Shown here in pieces: positions 32,466 to 39,927 of a stretch of DNA of 64,000 bases. A program made the translations under genes and the position numbers. The notes under the pieces were generated by a model. That model ran no database searches. It worked only from the letters and a program-made list of their open reading frames with translations, and was not told the origin of the DNA. Numbering within the stretch: the first letter of the stretch is position 1; each line of letters begins with the position of its first letter. This DNA comes from a virus (lineage: Duplodnaviria; Caudoviricetes). The DNA lies in the IMG/VR virus record IMGVR_UViG_3300038345_000144; one strand, 5' to 3'.

Positions 32466-32591
32466 TATAACACCACCGTGTTATAGTAGACATTTTGAGG
32501 GTAAAATAGGCACATATCACCGACATTTTGAGGGTACACTACATTACTCCACATTACGCTAAATGGTAATGTAAGGTAATGATTTAGCGTA
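32466..32591. repeat. palindrome + 2 x GACATTTTGAGGGTA + inverted repeat TACGCTAAAT
   Basis: Palindrome 32466-32485; direct repeats at 32489 and 32522 (33 bp apart); IR arms 32555-32564 and 32582-32591. Confidence 0.75.
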
Positions 32592-32639
32592 GTATAAAAA
32601 TACCGCTTGCTTTTTACTCTTTAGTGTATATAATCTAAA

Positions 32640-32732
32640 TATGCTTATAGCACTCCTTCAAGCAAGGTATGTTTTTAGCAAGTTAGGTTGTTATTGGAAG
32701 ACACTGCTTTGCAGAGTGGTGTCTTTTCTTTT
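32640..32732 (+). ncRNA. putative sRNA with anti-SD loop
   Basis: TTGCTT-16-TATAAT promoter (32607-32634); UGCUU/AAGCA hairpin with ACUCCUU in the loop; terminator 32698-32732 with G-U pairs on the plus strand. Confidence 0.55.
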
Positions 32733-32737
32733 GCAAA

Positions 32738-32928
32738 TAAAAACCCCCGTATGTACGGGGAAAATTCATAAACATTTAGTCACCGAATTCCCAATTTCGA
32801 GAAACCTCCGATAACGGAGAAGAGCAACACTGCAATTGCAAGCGTATATAGTGAGTGAAAAACCTCCGTACACGGAGAAAAGGGACCCAGAAATCAAGAA
32901 GATAAGAAAAACCTCCACAACTGGAGAA
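32738..32928 (-). CRISPR. CRISPR-like mini-array A: 4 degenerate repeats, 3 spacers (36, 35, 26 nt)
   Basis: Repeats at 32738-32762, 32799-32821, 32857-32879, 32906-32928; minus-strand consensus TTCTCC-N6-GGAGGTTTTTC; unique spacers. Confidence 0.8.
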
Positions 32929-32935
32929 CAATAGA

Positions 32936-33163
32936 TTAGCCGTTAAGTTCAGCCCACTTTGCCATCATTTCGTCCCTGCGACCATCTGGATAGTTTGATG
33001 TTCCATAATAGAGATTGCCGTCAGCGTCACGATTATCAACTGTTGCTACGACAACATCTGCCTGCAACTTACTGCCATTCTCATTGGGCTTATATGTAGC
33101 ACATCCAATCGCACCTAAAGCAACGATGATAAGGATAATGATTGATATGATTGCCTTCTTCAT
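32936..33163 (-). CDS. small lipoprotein between arrays A and B
   Basis: Signal peptide with AIGC lipobox; SD and promoter upstream. Confidence 0.65.
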   Translation of the reverse strand: MKKAIISIIILIIVALGAIGCATYKPNENGSKLQADVVVATVDNRDADGNLYYGTSNYPDGRRDEMMAKWAELNG

Positions 33164-33430
33164 TTTAAGTTCTCCTCTGTGTGGTAAAAGCCTTTATTTT
33201 CAAGGACTTTAGCCTGTATTTTTCTCTCAAATGTAAGCAAATCATAGCATCTTTTTCTGGTGATGTAAATAGCAAAAACGGCTTTTTTTGCATTTGTAAT
33301 ATTACAATTTTATGTAGTTGTGGTTGCCCTGTTTTGACACCCCAATATATAGTGGTTGAGTGGTAAAAATGCCCTGAATTCAACTTCGTCATTCAACTGT
33401 TTAACTGCATCATTTGGGGCAAAATGACTA

Positions 33431-33522
33431 AATTAAATAACCCCTGCTCACCCGCTTAATAGTGAACAGAGGTTATTAGGAAAGAGGTAATTATTCTATA
33501 TTATGAATAATCGAATAATATA
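33431..33522 (-). ncRNA. putative antisense sRNA S1
   Basis: TTTACA-17-TAGAAT promoter (33528-33556); terminator 33436-33477 with minus-strand G-U pairs; no ORF on the minus strand. Confidence 0.55.
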
Positions 33523-33567
33523 CTCCTATTCTACACTTGTAAACAGCATTTGTAAAGTAAAAATGAT

Positions 33568-33647
33568 AAAAACCCTGTCTATGACTACGACTTCATAAAC
33601 AGGGCGAAAGTAAGGAAAAAAGTTATGAATAATGAATAAGATATATG
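33568..33647 (-). ncRNA. putative antisense sRNA S2 (related to S1)
   Basis: TATAAT at 33653-33658; terminator 33573-33604 + U-tract; shares TTATGAATAAT(C)GAATAA with S1. Confidence 0.55.
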
Positions 33648-33699
33648 CCTCTATTATAAGTGCTTTTTCTTAAAATGGAATAGGCAATTACAGACATAT

Positions 33700-33960
33700 T
33701 AACAATCTCCGTACACGGAGAACTGGAGCAATAGCCTTGAAAAGAGTGCTCTTGCCGACTGAAAAACCTCCTATACAGGAGAAACATACATATACCTTAA
33801 TGGTCTTATTCAGAACGCTGGAAAAACCTCCAAACTGGAGAATAAACCCGAAGTCACTGACCACATATTTAGAGTCTTGAAAAACCCCCATAACGAGGAA
33901 CCATTGTTAATCCAACAACTGACCGTGTTGTTCTTGAGAAACCTCACAAGGCTGTGAGAA
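33700..33960 (-). CRISPR. CRISPR-like mini-array B: 5 degenerate repeats, 4 spacers (38, 37, 36, 35 nt)
   Basis: Repeats at 33700-33722, 33761-33783, 33821-33842, 33879-33900, 33936-33960; period 57-61. Confidence 0.85.
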
Positions 33961-34049
33961 TGTTCTGATGAAATTCAAAACAATCAATGTTCATCTATCA
34001 TTATTAAATAGCCGTTAATAGAAAAGAGGCACTTGTGTACCTCTTTTGA

Positions 34050-34205
34050 TTACTTCTGATTGGCTTTGAGTCCCTTTATCTCTTCTTCAAGTTCCTTGAT
34101 GATACCTACATAGTATTTCCACTGCCAGTGTACGATACATAAAGCGGCGATGCCCTCGATGGTCATTAAGATTAAAAATACATCACCAATATTAAGTTCT
34201 GTCAT
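34050..34205 (-). CDS. small TM + coiled-coil protein (51 aa, not in the ORF track)
   Basis: MTELNIGDVFLILMTIEGIAALC... with GGAGG SD, followed by a terminator. Confidence 0.6.
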   Translation of the reverse strand: MTELNIGDVFLILMTIEGIAALCIVHWQWKYYVGIIKELEEEIKGLKANQK

Positions 34206-34218
34206 TGTTTTTTCCTCC

Positions 34219-34758
34219 TTATGATAAGTTATACTTGGCTAACAACTTCTTCAGTTCGTTTTCTCTGCTCTTGAGTTCTGACTTCTCCCACTTGAGATTA
34301 CTCTTTGCTGTCTGTAAATCCTGTTCAGCCTTTTCTACATTCTTCTTCGTTCTGGCAATACGCTCTCTAACACGCAGGATTTCCTCGTACTTATAGAGAG
34401 TGGGCTTGTAGTCCTCGTCAGGCTCGCTGTAATTACGCTCTGGTGTGTCAAGGTAATTAGCAAAGTCAAACTTCGTAGGCTCGCCTACACGCTCATTAAC
34501 GAAGCCACGGAACGAACCCATTAAAGAAAACAGCGTCGGGTCATTCGGGTAGGGACAAGCATACAGATACTTGTGTGTCTTACGGCTCTCAACACAATAT
34601 AACCATAATACCTCGTCATCAAACGGTACAGGATGTATCTTGGTGTGTCCGATAATATAACCGCACTTTCTTACTACCTTAAATGCAGGGGTCTCATCTA
34701 TCTTGTCCTCTGTAAAAGGTGTTGTAATTACCTCAAAAATTGCCTCATTGATTGTCAT
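34219..34758 (-). CDS. hypothetical protein with C-terminal coiled coil
   Basis: ORF with SD. Confidence 0.6.
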   Translation of the reverse strand: MTINEAIFEVITTPFTEDKIDETPAFKVVRKCGYIIGHTKIHPVPFDDEVLWLYCVESRKTHKYLYACPYPNDPTLFSLMGSFRGFVNERVGEPTKFDFANYLDTPERNYSEPDEDYKPTLYKYEEILRVRERIARTKKNVEKAEQDLQTAKSNLKWEKSELKSRENELKKLLAKYNLS

Positions 34759-34924
34759 TTTTAGTGTCCTCCTTGACTGTTTGTGGCTTCAGTGTAGCAA
34801 CCCTAAAATCGCTTGTAAAGGGCAAAATACCCCTATACCTAAACCCTGTTAGTAAATCGTTGAAATTCGTTCTGGACTAACAAAATATTTGTATGGAATT
34901 CCCATCTGGACCCTTAAAAAATGA

Positions 34925-35022
34925 CAAAAGAAAAGAGGTGCTTCTTCAGCACCCCTTTCTCTATAATGGAGGTATTCGTGAATAAATATTCACAAATCGT
35001 AGGGTCGTTCACTCCCTACATA
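34925..35022 (-). ncRNA. putative structured sRNA S3 with anti-SD ACCUCC
   Basis: Extended -10 TGtTATAAT (35028-35036), two hairpins, terminator 34929-34960. Confidence 0.5.
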
Positions 35023-35037
35023 TATGATTATAACACA

Positions 35038-35079
35038 TTTAACTCGTTTTTAACTCATCATTTAACTCGTTTTTAACTC
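35038..35079. repeat. 4 x TTTAACTC, 11-12-bp period
   Basis: Copies at 35038, 35049, 35061, 35072. Confidence 0.8.
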
Positions 35080-35119
35080 AATCACTTCCATTTTAATTCG
35101 CTCATCGAATTAAACAGCA

Positions 35120-35518
35120 TTACTCCTTGCAATAGTCTTGAAAGGTAATAGCGTGGTCTATGGTCAATAGGTAGGTAGCGTTTCTTTGTAATGTAGCCAT
35201 CTCCTCATAAAGGTACTGGTGCAATAGTTTCTTTGCTAACTCGTCATTTCGTTCCACCAATACTACTTCATCATTTTCTGGTTCCTCAAAATTAACCCTT
35301 AATGTAGAGATTGTAGGGTTGTTTTCAAAGTTTTTATTAACTATATGAACGGTCTTTCCCAAAGATACAGCATTATATATATCTGTGGGCATCTGCTCAA
35401 ATTTAGCATACCAACACTCTACAATAAAAAGGTGCTTGAGAGCATAAAGGTATCGGTAACAGGTTTGATTGTGTTCCTTTGCTACCTCGGTTACAATGTC
35501 ACCATACGATTTACTCAT
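35120..35518 (-). CDS. hypothetical protein, paralog of 39928-40386
   Basis: YG....EVAK.HNQ.CY and D.LAKK motifs shared. Confidence 0.65.
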   Translation of the reverse strand: MSKSYGDIVTEVAKEHNQTCYRYLYALKHLFIVECWYAKFEQMPTDIYNAVSLGKTVHIVNKNFENNPTISTLRVNFEEPENDEVVLVERNDELAKKLLHQYLYEEMATLQRNATYLLTIDHAITFQDYCKE

Positions 35519-35539
35519 AATCATTACTTCCTTTCTAAT

Positions 35540-35655
35540 AAAAAACTCCCCCACCCAAATCAACTAAAATTAGGTGAGGGAGTTCAATTAAGTTGTTATA
35601 TCAATGATAACTTATCCTCGGAGGTGTTGTAAATATGCAAAAAACATTTATTACC
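35540..35655 (-). ncRNA. putative antisense sRNA S4
   Basis: TATAAT at 35661-35666 (weak -35); terminator 35544-35584; body is the reverse complement of GGAGGTG-N8-ATGCAAAAAACA. Confidence 0.45.
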
Positions 35656-35769
35656 ACCGTATTATACTTTTTTAGTATCATACAACTGGATTATTAAAGG
35701 GTATTAAATGAAGAAAGTGCCTACCCGAATGGATAAGCACTCTCTTGTAGAAAGGAGATAATAGGTCAA

Positions 35770-36912
35770 TTAGATAACTGGATAATCTTTTGCTTCCTGC
35801 TTGGTCATAAAGAAATGAATTCCTGTTGAACATTCATTCCATCGGTTCGTATTAAAGTCGGGTTCACCAAACGCCAAACTTTTAACGGTTTTTCCAACAG
35901 TATAGATAAAGGTATCGTTATACCAAGCCCTAACCTTAATATCAGCAGGCAATTTGTTATCATTCATATCATAGAACCCAAGCACCTTAACAGCACTGGC
36001 TCTGCATTTTCTTCCCGTACCCGAACTTCTCTTGGCATTGGCGGGAATTTGAAGTTTAACTAATACTCCCTCTTTAGTGTGGCTATCCTTAACCCAGATT
36101 GCTTTTTTCCAAGCGACAAAAGCACCCTCTTCAGGACATATCATATGGTACTTAATATTAGTAACATTGTCTCCAATGCAAGCATTATCAAAGTTAGCAT
36201 CTTCCATATGTCCACAATCTATGTCAGCAAAAAACGCTTTAGTTAAGTTAGCACTGAAGAATTGTGAGGAAGTGATTATTGTCTTTCTAAATTGTGCTTC
36301 ACTTAAATTTGCCTCTATAAAATGACAACTTTTTAGGTTAGCATAATTAAAGACCGCCTTACTGCAATTAGCCTGATAGAATGAACAACATTCAAACACG
36401 GTCTGTTCCCGTGAAGAAATAAAGCAATCTATTGACATCATATTTGCCCCGCTAAATTTGACATCAAAAAGGTGGCATCCCCAAAATTTGGTAAAACCAC
36501 AAAAAGCATAGTTGAATTCACACAACCATATTTTAGTGGCTTCAAAGTGAGCGTCTGTAAATATAGCATATTTGAATATACACTTGTTAATCACACATTC
36601 TTCAAATGACGCACAGGTAAACATACAGCCATAAAACCAGCAAGAGTCATTAAAAACTGTCTGAACAAATCTTGCTTTATTAAAAATTACCTGGTCAAGT
36701 TTACAGTGAATAAATTTACAGTTCTCAAACAAACTGTAACTTAAATCTCGATAGTCTCTAAAATCAATATGCTCAAACACTTGATTTTTGAATGTGGCTC
36801 TTTTACCACCTTTTTCGTTATTCAACCACTTCTTATGGTTTTTAAGCACGGTGGCTAATGATTTCTTATCAATCGTTATATCTTCTGGTATATAATAAAA
36901 ATCATCACTCAT
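35770..36912 (-). CDS. pentapeptide repeat protein with C-terminal DUF5758-like domain
   Basis: Long pentapeptide tract; CPEEGAFVAWKK, RKCRAS, ECSTGIHFF. Confidence 0.88.
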   Translation of the reverse strand: MSDDFYYIPEDITIDKKSLATVLKNHKKWLNNEKGGKRATFKNQVFEHIDFRDYRDLSYSLFENCKFIHCKLDQVIFNKARFVQTVFNDSCWFYGCMFTCASFEECVINKCIFKYAIFTDAHFEATKIWLCEFNYAFCGFTKFWGCHLFDVKFSGANMMSIDCFISSREQTVFECCSFYQANCSKAVFNYANLKSCHFIEANLSEAQFRKTIITSSQFFSANLTKAFFADIDCGHMEDANFDNACIGDNVTNIKYHMICPEEGAFVAWKKAIWVKDSHTKEGVLVKLQIPANAKRSSGTGRKCRASAVKVLGFYDMNDNKLPADIKVRAWYNDTFIYTVGKTVKSLAFGEPDFNTNRWNECSTGIHFFMTKQEAKDYPVI

Positions 36913-37295
36913 TCTTCTTCTCCTTCCTCAAATACGGATTTCCATTCATCACCACAACCAACATAAGCCTTGAATACAACTCTAAAGCCTGCTTCAAGAT
37001 ACTTTTCGGTGATATATTCCATTGTTTTTAGTACATCTTGTGCCTGAACCTTTGCGAGACCAATGTTTCTTTCATCAACAGTTTCAAAAGTGTACCAACC
37101 AGCGTTTTTATCATCATAATTAACTTCATAGAGAATAGGCTCAAGGCTCTTTATTCTCTTCAGTTCGTCGCATACTTTAGTATATTCTTCACACAACTGG
37201 GTTACTGCCTGTTTTAATTCTGTAAAGCCAGTATCGTTGTCTGACTTGTCCTGTTCTTTTTTTCTTATTTCGGCTAAAATGGTGGCTACTCCCAT
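36909..37295 (-). CDS. hypothetical protein
   Basis: ORF with SD and promoter. Confidence 0.6.
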   Translation of the reverse strand: MGVATILAEIRKKEQDKSDNDTGFTELKQAVTQLCEEYTKVCDELKRIKSLEPILYEVNYDDKNAGWYTFETVDERNIGLAKVQAQDVLKTMEYITEKYLEAGFRVVFKAYVGCGDEWKSVFEEGEEE

Positions 37296-37417
37296 AAAAG
37301 TTCTCCTTTTTGTAATAATATCATTATCATACCAGTATATTTATAAACTTGTAAATAGCGAAAATAAAAATCCCACTACCTAATATAAGATAGCGGGATT
37401 TATTAAAGCGTATATTA

Positions 37418-38398
37418 TTACTCCTTTTTCGGAGGTCGGTCTATTCTCAAACCACATTCAGGGCAAAATTTCAAATCCTTAATGATACGAACAAGGCTTT
37501 TAGGAACTTTCCAGCCACAAGCAAAACACTGTAAGCCACCGTCTTCTTGTTCTATCAATTCCGTCTTTGGCTCGTTATTCATACGATTGTGCTTAATTAC
37601 CGAGCATACCGTAACGGTTCCACCTCGTAACTGGAAACCATATACATCTCGTATATCCCCACAAGAGCATTTACAACGCCACATATCAAAATGCCTGCCG
37701 TTTTCCATTGTCTTATCATCAATTTGCTGGATAACCGTTAACTCGCCATAGGTCTGTCCTACAAAGGTTTTATTTACGAGTCTTGGGTGGCGATTAGTAA
37801 AATAATCAGGGTGATTTCCTTTATTGCCACAATATGTAATTATAGTATCGTTAGGGTGGGTTAAATAACCCAGACTCTTTTGACAGGTATTACCACAGGA
37901 ACACTTACAATTCCATCGTTTTGTTTTCTCGTCAAAATCAAGAACCGTAAGTTCTCCAACCTTCAAACCTGATAAATTGTAACGAGGTTTTCTTTTTGCT
38001 ATATTACAGCACTTAACACACCCCGTAGACTGTCCTTTGAGTAGATTGTGATAAACTATATCACCCTCATTACCGCACTCACATTTACAGTGGCACATTC
38101 TGTATAATTGAGACTTATATTGTTTATCCCACATATACTGAACCGTCCACTTACCAAACTTCTTGCCCGTAAGGTCTTCAGCCTTTTTACGGGACTTTAT
38201 GCCCATACAGTCGTTACAGCCAGTTTTCTTACCTTCCACCAATAACTGTGTGTTGACAATTACCTCATTACCACAATCACACACGCAACGCCATTTAGAC
38301 GGAACCTGCTTGTTATTGGCTCGGCTACTTGGTATAAACTCGATAGGCGTAAGTTTACCAAATTTCTCATTTCTTAAATCTCTTTGAATTCTTCCCAT
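37418..38398 (-). CDS. protein with four Cys-rich modules of the type found in phage HNH/AP2 homing-endonuclease N-termini, plus a C-terminal zinc ribbon
   Basis: 4 x (L.G.KFG.LT..W.C.C.CG) units; no HNH motif seen. Confidence 0.7.
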   Translation of the reverse strand: MGRIQRDLRNEKFGKLTPIEFIPSSRANNKQVPSKWRCVCDCGNEVIVNTQLLVEGKKTGCNDCMGIKSRKKAEDLTGKKFGKWTVQYMWDKQYKSQLYRMCHCKCECGNEGDIVYHNLLKGQSTGCVKCCNIAKRKPRYNLSGLKVGELTVLDFDEKTKRWNCKCSCGNTCQKSLGYLTHPNDTIITYCGNKGNHPDYFTNRHPRLVNKTFVGQTYGELTVIQQIDDKTMENGRHFDMWRCKCSCGDIRDVYGFQLRGGTVTVCSVIKHNRMNNEPKTELIEQEDGGLQCFACGWKVPKSLVRIIKDLKFCPECGLRIDRPPKKE

Positions 38399-38415
38399 AA
38401 AAATACCCCATTATT

Positions 38416-39280
38416 TTATCCTACATAACATTGTAGGGCTTTTTCTATTTTATGAATGAGTTTTGACTCACAACAAATTGCACCCCAACAGCGTATTTTG
38501 TGGTCAATATAAGTGTAAGTCTCCGACAGTTCCCATTCTTTTGATAGTATCATTTCAAATTGAGTGTGTTCACACAGATTACCTCTATTACCTACATAAA
38601 GGTATTTCCAGTGTCTCATTATTTTTACTAATTTACGCTTAAAATTTTCAAAATCTTCTGGAGTTATCATAAAATAAGATGGGTGTTCATCGAATAACTC
38701 ATCTTCTATAACTGATATTAGATACCAATTCTTAAAGGGTTCAATAGTAAGCGAATACTCTCCACTATTGGACCAATAAGACCATTTTCGTAAAGAAAAG
38801 TGGTTAATTTGGTTTACGAGTTCTTTATTCATTCGGTTATGCTCTCTTATCCTTTATCCATTTAGCATACTCTTGGGCTTCCTTGATTAAATCAACTTCT
38901 CGGAGGTCGCAAAGGTGCTGGTCATCACTAATCAAACAATTGATTAAGTCGTTAACCCTATCCGTGTGCCACTTTGCGGAGCGTCTGCTATCAAACAAAG
39001 GGTCTTGGCACTTTTTAGTCATTACCTGATAAGTAACATATGCAGGACCGCATCTTCTGATATACACATCATATATATTCCACTTTCTAAAGAAGATATG
39101 CACAATGGTATCGCCGTTTTCTGCTGTTGTGGAGTAGAACTGGCACTTTTCATCCATATCCTGATAGGTATTTCCTTTCAAACAACGGAAATACTCCAAA
39201 TTGTTAATGTTACGGGCATACTCAAAGGTATAATCATCAGGACACATAATAGCGTCTTCTATCCCTTTTATTGTTTTCAT
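38416..39280 (-). CDS. two hypothetical ORFs (38416-38832, 38837-39280)
   Basis: Packed ORFs. Confidence 0.5.
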
Positions 39281-39281
39281 A

Positions 39282-39909
39282 TTAAGTACCCTGCTCCTTT
39301 AACTTCTGCTTCTGTCTCTGTCGCTTTGTCAACTTCTTTTTACCTCTACCGTGAGGGAGTTCCTCTTCATAAGGACTATAAAACTCGGTATAGTCCATAT
39401 ATCCAAGTAAACCTCCAAGACCATTAACAAAAAAGCAAACCGTGGGGATTTCAAGCCCAAAAATAACACACCTTAAAAGAAACTTCATTGTTGAAGCATC
39501 GTTCTGTGTGTAATAAGCCCAGTAGCCTACGCCAATGGCTACTAATAAGATAGCCGTTGTCTTAAAGCCCTTAATGGCTTGTTCTTTATATCTCTTACAA
39601 GTAGGGTTAAGCGTTCTTTTATTACTCATTCTCTGTTATCTCCTGCACTTCTTCATAAGGGCTGTAATACTTGGTATATGTAATGTATGCCAAAAGTCCC
39701 TTCATTCCCTCAACAAAGAAATGAATGACAGGCAACATTAAAATCACCAAAATACCATAGGTTATAAACTGGTTTTCCTTACCTACCTTTGTGAACAGTC
39801 CTACAAACCCGATAATAACAGGAATAAGACACGCTACTGTAATAGAGAAATTCTTGATAGCCGTGTCCTTATGTCGCTGACATACGGAATTCAGTTTTCT
39901 TTTACTCAT
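39282..39909 (-). CDS. tandem paralogous two-TM proteins (39282-39629, 39622-39909)
   Basis: R.LN..C.R.K..AIK.F and GLL.Y..YT..YSPYEE shared. Confidence 0.7.
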
Positions 39910-39927
39910 ATATATACCTCCAATAAA

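Noticed and set aside
33340-33356. NrdR-box-like CCCAATATATAGTGG
   Set aside because: Single copy, no properly spaced partner, and no nrd gene nearby
33688-33891. 67-aa ORF containing VGKSTLF
   Set aside because: It runs through array B; the motif is confined to one spacer, so it is not a gene
33784-33935. Peptide readings of other spacers (YVVSDFG kinase-like, SVLNKTIKVYV; YLLDFW in array A)
   Set aside because: Too short or non-specific to assign without a search
32738-33960. Arrays as TIGR-Tas arrays or stacks of terminators
   Set aside because: The unit is about 58-61 nt with one repeat type, no dual short spacers, and no Nop-domain gene was seen. Regular spacing and the conserved handle fit type I-E better than terminators, though terminal repeats may terminate
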